From: Candidatus Dormibacteria bacterium
Lineage (GTDB): Bacteria; Chloroflexota; Dormibacteria; Aeolococcales; Bog-877
NCBI GenBank assembly: GCA_050734395.1
Contig: JBOHUK010000025.1
Coordinates: 1 to 50,051, forward strand
DNA length: 50,051 bases
Reading direction: 5' to 3'
The notes below the pieces were generated by a model. The model was not told the origin of the DNA. It ran no database searches and saw only the letters and a program-made list of their open reading frames with translations. The translations under genes and the position numbers were made by a program. Each line of letters begins with the position of its first letter. Within the stretch, counting starts at the first letter, position 1. Positions 16,914 to 24,980 of the stretch are shown one piece after another.

Positions 16914-18176
16914 GTGCTGCGCCAGGACTTCCTGGGCCCCGGCGGTCCGGCTCAAGAGCTGCGGGTCGAGGTGACCTCGAGCCTGGGGCAGGTGGGGCGG
17001 GAAGCCTGGGAGCAGTTGGACGGCTGGGGAAACCTCTACTGCTCGTATCCCTACCTGCTGGCGGTGGAGCGCAGCAGTCCCACCCCCACCGCTTACGTTC
17101 TGCTGCGCGAGGCTGGGGGACGGCTGGTGGCGGGGCTGCCCGGGTACCTGTACTCGGGTGGGCGTGACCCCGGCCTGGACCACTACGAGCCCTTCCGGGC
17201 GGGAGCAAACTGGGTGCTAGGGCCCAAGCTGCAGGAGCGCCCCTGGCGCCCCACCTGGCTGGCCGGCAGCCGCAGCGGCTACGTCACCACCTTCCCCATC
17301 CACCCCGACTGGTCCAGTGAGCGGCGGGCGGTGACGGCCCTCCTGCTACAGGCCTCGGGCGCGCTGGCCGACGCCAGCGCCGCCACCAGCCTGATGGTCC
17401 CCTGGCTCACCTCAGCCGCCGCCGCCCAGGCGCTGCCGGCGCTGCGCCGCCCCGAGCACCTGGTGCTGGCGGGACCCAGTTGCTCGATCGAGCTGGGTGC
17501 AGACGGGATGGAGGGATACCTGTCCCGGCTCAGCTCGTCGCGGCGCAAGGCGGCGCGCCAGGAGCGCAAGCGCTTCCTGGAGAGCGGCCTGGAGGTGCAG
17601 AGCGCGGACCTCGCCTCCTGCTTGGCGGAGCTGGCGCCGCTGGCGGCCCGACTCCAGCGCCGCTACGGACACCGGTTCACCGAGCGCGAGATCACCACCC
17701 AGCTACACGCCCAGGCGGAGCAGCTGAATCCGGAGAGCCTGGTCCTGCTCTGCCGCCGCCGCGGCCGGATAGCCGGCTTCTCCCTCCTGTTCCAGTGGGG
17801 TGACACGCTCTACGGCCGGCTGGCGGGATTCGACTACCGAGCCACCGCCGGCACCGCCGCCTACTTCAACCTCTGCTTCCACCTGCCGCTCGAGTTGGCG
17901 GCCGACCGGGGGCTGCGGCGGCTGCACCTGGGACTGGCCAGCTGGCGTGCCAAGGTGCTGCGTGGCGCGGACTTCGACCCCGCCTGGCAGCTGATCTGCC
18001 CGCCGCGGCCGGTCCGTGGCGCCTGGGCGCGCGCCGCCCGAGCGGGCGACCAGGAGGCGGCCGGGTGGTGGGCGGGCCAGTTCCCCCGTCTGGTGGACCT
18101 GGAGCAGGATCTGAGGTGGACCAGGGCGGGGCTGCGCCGGGCCGCCACCGATCCGTCACTTGGGCAACAGACCTAG
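16914..18176 (+). CDS. FemAB-like / GNAT-fold acyltransferase (PF04339-like)
   Basis: 420 aa. The N-terminus reads W.QL...N.Y.SYPYLLAVE and the C-terminus reads DTLYGRLAGFD...YFNLCFHLPLELAADRGLRRLHLG...KVLRGADFDP. Both resemble the family pattern (LYGRYWG...CYY..IE.AI..G....GAqGEHK..RGF.P) as I remember it. Confidence 0.55.
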   Translation: MLRQDFLGPGGPAQELRVEVTSSLGQVGREAWEQLDGWGNLYCSYPYLLAVERSSPTPTAYVLLREAGGRLVAGLPGYLYSGGRDPGLDHYEPFRAGANWVLGPKLQERPWRPTWLAGSRSGYVTTFPIHPDWSSERRAVTALLLQASGALADASAATSLMVPWLTSAAAAQALPALRRPEHLVLAGPSCSIELGADGMEGYLSRLSSSRRKAARQERKRFLESGLEVQSADLASCLAELAPLAARLQRRYGHRFTEREITTQLHAQAEQLNPESLVLLCRRRGRIAGFSLLFQWGDTLYGRLAGFDYRATAGTAAYFNLCFHLPLELAADRGLRRLHLGLASWRAKVLRGADFDPAWQLICPPRPVRGAWARAARAGDQEAAGWWAGQFPRLVDLEQDLRWTRAGLRRAATDPSLGQQT

Positions 18177-18219
18177 GAAGGGCTCCCTCCCACCCGGCTC
18201 AGGGGGGTACAACCTGCGC

Positions 18220-19452
18220 ATGTCCCGGCGCGCCTACCGGCTGACCGTGGCCGGCTGCCTGGCCGTTCTGGTCTCCTACCTGGTGCTCACCCCGGACCTG
18301 GCGGGGCTGCAGCGTATCCCCGACTTCGGCGCCTTCTACGCCGTCGCCCGCGCCCTGCGCCTGCACGGCCTGGGCGCCCTGCCCCACCTCTACTCGCTGC
18401 ACTTCCAGCTCCGGGCCGGCACCTTCTTCGGTCGCGTTGGGGGCAAGCCCTACGTCGAGCCCTTCGTGGACACGCCGCTCGCCGCCCTGGTCGTCATCCC
18501 CTTCACCTGGCTCCCCTTCTGGCCAGCCTTCTACCTCTGGGACGCCGTGCTCCTGGGCCTCGCCCTGGCGGGCGCCCTCTGGCTGGCCCGCGGCGAGGGG
18601 TTGGGCGCTCAGAGCCTGCCCCTGGCACTGGTGGTGGTTGCGTCCTTCCCCACCTACGTGGCGCTGGGGGAGGGCCAGTACGACCTGCTATGGCCGCTCG
18701 CCCTGGCATTGCTAGCCAGCGCCTGGCGCCGCCGGCCCGGGTGGCCGCGGGTCGCCCGCAACCTGCTCGGAGTGGTGATCTGCAGCTTCAAGCCCGACCT
18801 GCTGCTGGCCGCGGTGGTCCCCGGGGTGCACCGGATCCGGGACCGCCGGCTGCAGGAGCTCCTGCTCTGCGTCCTGGCGGTGGCCGCGGTGTCGCTGGCC
18901 GCGATCGGGGTGTCGGGGTTGCGGGCGCTCACCTCACTGGAGTCCTTCACCCTCTACCACCGCTTCCCGCCCACCCTGGACGTGACCCTGCTGGGGGTGC
19001 TCTGGCACACGGTCGGGCACCATTCGCTGACGATCCAGTTGGCCTGGGCCGGCACCGCCCTGGGGATCCTGGCCCTGGCCTGGGCCTGGCTGCGCCGGCC
19101 ACCGCAGGGCCCGGTGGAATGGCGCCTCTGCCTTTGCTCCACCCTGTGCCTCTCGCTCCTGCTGGCGCCCCACAACCTCGGCTACGGGCTGCTGCTCCTC
19201 TCCGGCCCGGCGATCTGGATGGCCTCCGCCCTTCGCCAGGCCGGGCGCGGGCTGGGCTGGTTCTGGGCCTGGGTCGCCCTCTTCAACGCCGGCGGGATCA
19301 TCGACGCCAGCCCCCACATTCACCTCCCCTTCCCGATCACGCCGGTCCTGCTGCTGCTGGGGGCGCTGACGGCCTGGCGCGCCCGCGACCTCCTCCAGCG
19401 GGCGCCCGCCTCGGCCCGCTCCGAGCCGCTGCCGGCTCCGACCAGTCCCTGA
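18220..19452 (+). CDS. Polytopic membrane protein, GT-C-like glycosyltransferase (DUF2029/GT87-like)
   Basis: About 410 aa and about 10 hydrophobic segments. The early loop reads PDFGAFYAVARAL. Also carries a FKPDLLL motif. The ATG at 18220 follows AGGGGGG by 11 nt. The family call is tentative. Confidence 0.55.
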   Translation: MSRRAYRLTVAGCLAVLVSYLVLTPDLAGLQRIPDFGAFYAVARALRLHGLGALPHLYSLHFQLRAGTFFGRVGGKPYVEPFVDTPLAALVVIPFTWLPFWPAFYLWDAVLLGLALAGALWLARGEGLGAQSLPLALVVVASFPTYVALGEGQYDLLWPLALALLASAWRRRPGWPRVARNLLGVVICSFKPDLLLAAVVPGVHRIRDRRLQELLLCVLAVAAVSLAAIGVSGLRALTSLESFTLYHRFPPTLDVTLLGVLWHTVGHHSLTIQLAWAGTALGILALAWAWLRRPPQGPVEWRLCLCSTLCLSLLLAPHNLGYGLLLLSGPAIWMASALRQAGRGLGWFWAWVALFNAGGIIDASPHIHLPFPITPVLLLLGALTAWRARDLLQRAPASARSEPLPAPTSP

Positions 19453-19473
19453 GCCAGGCGGCCGGCCCGGGGC

Positions 19474-19845
19474 TCAGACCAGGACAACCCCGGGCGACAC
19501 CGCCGCCAAGCGCGGGTCGGTGCTGAGGACGTCGAGGCCGAGCCGGCGTCCCAGCGCCAGGGAGAGGGAGTCGCCCATCCCCAGGGTGGGGTCGGTGCCC
19601 AGCGCCTCACCCAGCAGCCCCACGGTCGGGTGGCGCTCTGCCGGCAGCCGGGCCAGCAGTTGGACCCGCTGCAGCAGTGGCCGCCGGCCCAGCCGGTCCT
19701 GCCGGTGCAGCCGCCACAGCGCTCGGAGGCAGTGTGACTGCGCCTCCTCGCTCAGGTGGAGCTGGCGCTGGGCGATGCCGGCCGCCACCCGCTTCCCACT
19801 GTCGGTGCCCAGGAGCAGGTCGAGCAGTGCTGTGGCGTCGAGCAC
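19474..19845 (-). CDS. vapC: PIN-domain toxin VapC
   Basis: From the GTG at 19845: VLDATALLDLL...SEEAQ...GDSLSLALGRRLGLDVLSTDPRLA. The four acidic positions of a PIN fold are present. The start lies 12 nt downstream of the vapB stop. Confidence 0.75.
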   Translation of the reverse strand: MLDATALLDLLLGTDSGKRVAAGIAQRQLHLSEEAQSHCLRALWRLHRQDRLGRRPLLQRVQLLARLPAERHPTVGLLGEALGTDPTLGMGDSLSLALGRRLGLDVLSTDPRLAAVSPGVVLV

Positions 19846-19856
19846 CAGGGCCGCGC

Positions 19857-20063
19857 TCAGTAGGGCGGCTCCATGGCGCCCAGGGCGGCGCCGTGCTCTA
19901 CCCCGCTCGCAGCCAGCCCACCCAGCTCCTCCAACCACCGGCCCAGCTCCTCCGCGCGCAGCCGCGCCCTGAGCTGTTCTTGAACCAGGGCCGAGAGGTT
20001 GATATCCAGCCGACCGGCGCTGGCGGCGAGCTCGCTGGGCAGATAGATGTTGACTCTTGGCAT
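19857..20063 (-). CDS. vapB: Type II antitoxin (RHH/VapB-like)
   Basis: MPRVNIYLPSELAASAGRLDINLSALVQEQLRARL, a typical ribbon-helix-helix antitoxin N-terminus. An in-frame ATG two codons upstream (20069) is an alternative start. Confidence 0.7.
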   Translation of the reverse strand: MPRVNIYLPSELAASAGRLDINLSALVQEQLRARLRAEELGRWLEELGGLAASGVEHGAALGAMEPPY

Positions 20064-20075
20064 ACACATACTATA
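20064..20075 (-). promoter_or_regulatory. -10-like TATAGT placed 6 nt upstream of the vapB ATG (possible leaderless transcript)
   Basis: The minus strand reads GTGTG-TATAGT-ATGTGT-ATG, inside the only AT-rich patch of this intergenic region. Confidence 0.3.
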
Positions 20076-20372
20076 CACACTACTGCAGCACACCTAACTC
20101 CCAGGCCCTCGGCTCGGCGCCTCACCCCGCCAGCGGATGGGCCTTGACGGCACAAGTTCCGGTTGGGCTGGAAGCCCGGCGAGCCCGGAAGCCATAGCCG
20201 GGGTGGCCAGGCTGACCCCACCGCCAGGCGGTTGGCAAATCACCCCGCGGCTGCGGCCGGTCCGCCTGAGGCGCACGAAACTGGACAGGCAGCCACGGCT
20301 ACCCACCCTCGTTCCGAGGGCGCGCCCCGGCGGCATCCAGCCGGTCGGGAGAGCTTGAGAAGCGCTACCGGC

Positions 20373-21491
20373 TCAGCGGGACTCGCGCAGGAAGGCGGGG
20401 ATGTCGACCTCGTCGAACTGGTCCTCGGGCTCGGGCGCACGCGTCTCGTGCACCCGTTCCGGGAGAGGTTCCTGGAGGTCCTGGGGCCGGGTCGCCTGGT
20501 AGCGCTCCGCCAGCGTCGGGTTGGCCGGGGCCCCGGAGTTGAACCCGGTCGCGATCACGGTGATCTTGACGTCGCCACCCATGCGGTCGTCGACCACCGC
20601 CCCGAAGATGATGTTGACGTTGGGGTCGGCACTCTGACGGATCAGGTCGCAGGCCTCGTTGACCTCGTAGAGGGTCAGGTCGGGGCTGGCGGTGATGTTG
20701 AGCAGGATCCCCTGCGCCCCGGCGATCGAGGTCTCCAGCAGCTGGCTGGCGACGGCGTCGCGGGCGGCATCCTGGGCGCGGCTGTCGCCGCTGCCGTAGC
20801 CGATCCCCATCAGCGCCGGGCCCTGGCCCAACATGATCGCCTTGACGTCGGCGAAATCGAGATTGATCAGCCCGGGGAAGACGATCAGGTCGCTGATCCC
20901 CTGGACCCCCTGGCGGAGGACGTCGTCCGCCTTGCGGAAGGCGTCGATCATGGTGGTGCGCCGGTCGGTGACCGCGATCAGGCGGTCGTTGGGAATCGTG
21001 ATCAGGGTGTCAACCCGTCCCGAGAGCGCCTCCACCCCCTTCTCCGCCGCCACCGCCCGCTTGCGGCCCTCGAAGGTGAAGGGCTTGGTCACCACCCCGA
21101 TGGTCAGTGCGCCGCTGGAGCGGGCGATCTCGGCGATCACCGGCGCCGCTCCGGTCCCGGTGCCCCCGCCCATGCCCGAGGTGATGAAGACCATGTCGGA
21201 GTCGTGGATCATCGAGGAGATCTCCTCACGCGACTCCTCGGCGGCCATCTCCCCCACCTCGGGGTCGCCGCCACAGCCCAGCCCCCGCGTCACCTTGCGG
21301 CCGATGTGGACCTGGGTCGGGGCCTCGGAGGCCTCGAGCGCCTGGCGGTCGGTGTTGACCGCGATGAAGTCCACCCCGCGCAGCTTGGCGCGGATCATGC
21401 GGTTGACCGCGTTGCTGCCGCCGCCGCCGACCCCCACCACCTTGATGCGAGCGTTGCCCTGGGTGGTGCGGTCCAAATCGTCTTGTGGCAT
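20373..21491 (-). CDS. ftsZ: Cell division GTPase FtsZ
   Basis: From the ATG at 21491: MPQDDL...[17 protein letters not shown]...[18 protein letters not shown] box precedes the start. Confidence 0.95.
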   Translation of the reverse strand: MPQDDLDRTTQGNARIKVVGVGGGGSNAVNRMIRAKLRGVDFIAVNTDRQALEASEAPTQVHIGRKVTRGLGCGGDPEVGEMAAEESREEISSMIHDSDMVFITSGMGGGTGTGAAPVIAEIARSSGALTIGVVTKPFTFEGRKRAVAAEKGVEALSGRVDTLITIPNDRLIAVTDRRTTMIDAFRKADDVLRQGVQGISDLIVFPGLINLDFADVKAIMLGQGPALMGIGYGSGDSRAQDAARDAVASQLLETSIAGAQGILLNITASPDLTLYEVNEACDLIRQSADPNVNIIFGAVVDDRMGGDVKITVIATGFNSGAPANPTLAERYQATRPQDLQEPLPERVHETRAPEPEDQFDEVDIPAFLRESR

Positions 21492-21508
21492 CCCGATCTC
21501 CTTCAGGG

Positions 21509-22717
21509 TCAGAACAGCTCGTGCAGCCAGCGATTGAGCCGGGCCGCACCTCGGGTGGTTCGCAGGTTGCTCCGCTGGCGCCACTCGCCGGAGCGCTGGC
21601 CCCAGCGCAGTAGTCCGGCGGTGCCGGCGTGTTCGGGCATCCCCAACTGGTCGGCCAGTCCCACCAGCCCCTCGGGCACGGCCACCCGGACCGGCATCTC
21701 CAGGATCTGGTGGACGGCGGCGGCGAAGCCGCGCAGCTTGACGGCGCCGCCGGTGAGCACCAGCCGGCTCAGCCCCTGGCCATCCTCTTCCATGGCCTGG
21801 CCGAGCAGGCGTGCCATCTCGCGCACCCGGGGCTCGATGATCTCCGCGAGCCAGCGCCGCGGCACCTCCTCGGCGCCGACGTGGGTGCTGCCCACCACCG
21901 TCACCATCTCCTCGGATAGCACCTGGGAGGGGTCGCTGTGGCCGTGGCGGCGCTTGAGTACCTCCGCCTCCTCCTGGTCGCAGCGGAGGCCGGTGGCCAG
22001 GTCCGAGGTGACGTTCTGCCCGCCCACCGGCAGCACCCGCACCGAGCTGATGCTGCCGGAGCGGAAGATGGCCAGGTCCGAGGTGCCGGCGCCGATGTCC
22101 ACCAGCGCCACCCCCTGCTCCAGCTCGCGGTCGCGCAGCACCCCCTCGGCCGAAGCCAGGGGCTGCACCACCACGTCGTCGACGCGCAGCCCCGCCTGAT
22201 GCGCGCAGCCCACCAGGGCGGCGAGGTGGGCCGAGGAGGCCAGCACCAGCTCCGCGTCGACGGAGAGGCGGCCGCCGGGGATGCCGCGGGGATCGCGCAG
22301 GCCGCGGGTGCCGTCCACCTGGTACTCGCGGGGGATGAGGTGGACCACCTCGCGGCCGTCCTCGGAGGGGGCCGCCCGGGCCGCCTCCAGCACCCGGTTG
22401 AGCTCAGACGCCCCAACCGCCCCGCCCCGGGAGTTCACCGAGACCACCGCCTGGCTGGGGCGGCTGTGGATGTGGCGGCCGCTGAGCGTGAGGAGCGCCG
22501 ACTCGATCTCGACCCCGCTGGCCCGCTCGGCCGCGTCCAGCGCCCGGGAGATGGCCTCGGTGGCCGCGTCCGGGTCCTGGACCACCCCCTTGCGCACGCC
22601 GGCGGTCTGCGCCTCGCCCACGCCGAGCACCCGCAGCCTGGGGCCGTCATCCTCGGCGACGGCGCAGCAGACCTTGGACGTGCCGAGGTCGACGGCGACC
22701 AGGCGGCGGTTGCTCAC
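21509..22717 (-). CDS. ftsA: Cell division protein FtsA
   Basis: [14 protein letters not shown]...[13 protein letters not shown], with a C-terminal amphipathic [10 protein letters not shown] prefer the GTG at 22717. The upstream extension to 22861 is Pro-rich with lower third-position GC. Confidence 0.85.
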   Translation of the reverse strand: MSNRRLVAVDLGTSKVCCAVAEDDGPRLRVLGVGEAQTAGVRKGVVQDPDAATEAISRALDAAERASGVEIESALLTLSGRHIHSRPSQAVVSVNSRGGAVGASELNRVLEAARAAPSEDGREVVHLIPREYQVDGTRGLRDPRGIPGGRLSVDAELVLASSAHLAALVGCAHQAGLRVDDVVVQPLASAEGVLRDRELEQGVALVDIGAGTSDLAIFRSGSISSVRVLPVGGQNVTSDLATGLRCDQEEAEVLKRRHGHSDPSQVLSEEMVTVVGSTHVGAEEVPRRWLAEIIEPRVREMARLLGQAMEEDGQGLSRLVLTGGAVKLRGFAAAVHQILEMPVRVAVPEGLVGLADQLGMPEHAGTAGLLRWGQRSGEWRQRSNLRTTRGAARLNRWLHELF

Positions 22718-22894
22718 CAGGGGGCCACCGTGGGTGGAGGGAGGCAGAGCCCGGGTGTGCCCCCCGGGCGGGCTCGGATCATCGGGCGAATCCCCAACTT
22801 TTGGTGCTGGATGTTTGTGCGACGTCGGGAAGGGAGCGGAGGCGGTCGAGCGGGGTGCCACGGTCCCGCCCCAGATGGGCGGAGTTCCGTCAGC

Positions 22895-22923
22895 AGTCTA
22901 TCGGCATACCCGCTCCATTACAA
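22895..22923 (-). promoter_or_regulatory. Candidate internal promoter upstream of ftsA (TTGTAA-N17-TAGACT)
   Basis: Read on the minus strand, inside the relatively AT-rich ftsQ-ftsA gap. Confidence 0.35.
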
Positions 22924-23006
22924 GCCCAAATCGGAGGCAAAACCACATCATGTAGTGGTCTGAGGGCTGGGCAGACCCTCTTGATTGGGTTGGGCGGGTT
23001 GCGGGC

Positions 23007-23966
23007 TCAGGGGCTGACCACCACCTGGGCCGGGTCCTCGAGATAGATGTCCTTGATGCCGGGGCCCTTGAGGTCCACCTTGCCCGAGAGCGCCCGCAGG
23101 GCCTCCAGCTTCGGGCCCAGGCTCGCGATCTGCGCCTGGGTCAGGGCCAGGCCCAGATCCGCGGTCCAGCCCGCCGAGCTCTGGATCTCCAGGGCCCCCA
23201 CCCGGTCGATGACGAACTGCCGCACCGAGACCCCGTAGGCCTTGGGGAAGGCAGCCCCCAGCTGGACCAAGGCCCGGGCCAGCCGCGTCGGCAGGACCAG
23301 CTGCCCAGGTCGGGCCGCGCCCAGCTGGCGCTGGTCCACCAGCACCGGGAGCCCGCCCACCTGGGCCGTGCCCCCGAGCAGGGCGCCGCTGGCGGCGAGG
23401 GCCAGGGTCTGCGTGCCCCGGCGATACTGCAGCGCCGGCGGCAAGGGCGTGACCCGCACCGAGAGGGCGTCCGGCCAGCGCACCGTGACCTGGGCCGAGG
23501 CCATCCAGGGCAGAGCGAGCAGGTTGCGGGTGATGGCCGCCCCGTCCACCAGCAGCGTGCTCTGGCCGGTGCGCACCCCCGCCTCCGCGAGCAGCTGGGC
23601 CCGGCCCACCACCGGGTCACCCACCACCTGGACTCGCTGCACCTTGAGCCAGGGAAGAACGAAGAGGGCGGCGGCGGCGGCCAGCACGGCGAGGCTCGCC
23701 AGCGCCAGCAGGCGCCGGCCCCGGCCCAGCCCCTGCCAGGCCTCCCAGCCGCGTGGGGGCCGGGGCCGGGAGAGCCGGACCCGCCCCAGCAGGGTGGAGC
23801 GGGCGGCGTAGCGGGCCGCCCGGCGCTCGCGCGCCTGGCGGGCCACCTCCTCCAGCTCGGAGTCGCCCAGCCGCCCCCAGCTGGGCTGCGGCCTCGGCCG
23901 CGGGCGGGGGCCGGAGGGCTCACCCGCGGGCTCGGGGGGATGCCAGCTGCGGAAGTCGTGGGGCAC
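23007..23966 (-). CDS. ftsQ: Cell division protein FtsQ/DivIB
   Basis: 319 aa. It has a long basic cytoplasmic N-terminus and one TM (LLALASLAVLAAAAALFVLPWL). A POTRA-like segment follows (VQRVQVVGDPVVGRAQLLAEAGV...LPWMASAQVTVRWPDALSVRV). Confidence 0.85.
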   Translation of the reverse strand: MPHDFRSWHPPEPAGEPSGPRPRPRPQPSWGRLGDSELEEVARQARERRAARYAARSTLLGRVRLSRPRPPRGWEAWQGLGRGRRLLALASLAVLAAAAALFVLPWLKVQRVQVVGDPVVGRAQLLAEAGVRTGQSTLLVDGAAITRNLLALPWMASAQVTVRWPDALSVRVTPLPPALQYRRGTQTLALAASGALLGGTAQVGGLPVLVDQRQLGAARPGQLVLPTRLARALVQLGAAFPKAYGVSVRQFVIDRVGALEIQSSAGWTADLGLALTQAQIASLGPKLEALRALSGKVDLKGPGIKDIYLEDPAQVVVSP

Positions 23967-24029
23967 GGCTGCCCCAAAGCGCCGCCCGGAGGCGGCGGGC
24001 CGGGAAAGCGGGCTGTCGATGGCTGTCCC

Positions 24030-24980
24030 TCAGCTGGAACGTGGAAGAGGATCGGGACCGCCCACGGGGATGATCTCCAGCTCGAGCTGGACCCCGAAGC
24101 GCTCCTGCACACGTTGACGCATCGCGGCCGCCAATGCAAGCACGTCGTCGGCCCGGGCCTCTCCCAGGTTGACGATGAAGTTGGCGTGGTCCTGCGAGAC
24201 CTGGGCCTGGCCCTGCCGCAGGCCCTTGAGCCCGCAGGCCTCCAGCAGCTGGCCGGCGAAGGCGCCCTCGGGATTCTTGAAGGTGCTGCCCAGGCTGCGC
24301 ACCCCGCTGGGCTGGGTCGCCTTGCGCTCCGCCATCACCGCCCGCACCCGCTGCCGTGCCTCCTTGGGGTCTCCCGGGCGCAGCTGCACCCAGACGCGGG
24401 TCACGACCGCCCCTCGCCAGCCCTCCTCCTGAAGCGCGGTGCGGCGGTAGCTGGGGGCGAGCTCACCGAGTCCGAGGCGGCGCACGCTGCCATCCGGCCC
24501 CGCCACCTCCACCTCCTGGATCACCCGGCCCAGCTCACCACCGAAGGCTCCGGCGTTGCCCCAGGCGGCGGCCCCGGCCGTGCCCGGGATGCCCACCCCG
24601 AAGTCCAGGTCCAGCAGCCCCAGGTAGGCGGTGTCGAAGGCGGCCCGGGGAAGCATCGCCCCCGCCTCCAGCAGCACCCTTCCCTCGCCCAGGTGCCGCG
24701 CTCGGGCGGGGGCGAACTTGAGCACCAACCCGGGGAAGCCGAGGTCGGAGATCAGGCAGTTGCTCCCCGCTCCCAGCACCAGCCAGGGAATCCCGAGCTC
24801 GCGGCAGGCCCGGAGCACCTCGGGGACCCGCTCCGCCCGGGCTGGCTCCCAGTACCAGCGCGCCGGCCCGCCCACCCCGAACTGGGAGTGGCGCCCGAGC
24901 GGCTCCTCGAGCCGCAGCTCCCCCTGCGCGACCGGCCCCAGGGCGCGCCCCAGCGGCCCGGGCGGCTGCTCCGCGCTCAT
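24030..24980 (-). CDS. murB: UDP-N-acetylenolpyruvoylglucosamine reductase
   Basis: 316 aa with HSQFGVGGPARWYWEP...VLGAGSNCLISD...GSTFKNP. ATGA overlap with the upstream ligase gene. Confidence 0.92.
   Translation of the reverse strand: MSAEQPPGPLGRALGPVAQGELRLEEPLGRHSQFGVGGPARWYWEPARAERVPEVLRACRELGIPWLVLGAGSNCLISDLGFPGLVLKFAPARARHLGEGRVLLEAGAMLPRAAFDTAYLGLLDLDFGVGIPGTAGAAAWGNAGAFGGELGRVIQEVEVAGPDGSVRRLGLGELAPSYRRTALQEEGWRGAVVTRVWVQLRPGDPKEARQRVRAVMAERKATQPSGVRSLGSTFKNPEGAFAGQLLEACGLKGLRQGQAQVSQDHANFIVNLGEARADDVLALAAAMRQRVQERFGVQLELEIIPVGGPDPLPRSS

Noticed and set aside
16294-17208. N-terminal extensions of track ORFs: ileS to 17208, gmk ORF to 12175, rluD ORF to 12731, lspA ORF to 13209, murC ORF to 26701, ftsW ORF to 29467, rsmH ORF to 33282, ftsL ORF to 32198 and SRPBCC ORF to 42830.
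   Set aside because: The conserved protein N-termini begin at internal start codons. The extensions overlap the upstream gene in another frame and are low-complexity.
20150-20230. SRP (4.5S) RNA-like CCCGGAAGCC segment.
   Set aside because: The GGAA tetraloop is not closed by the conserved helix-8 pairs, and the symmetric-loop motifs (AGGxCCGGAAGGxAGCA...GGCAG) are absent on both strands.
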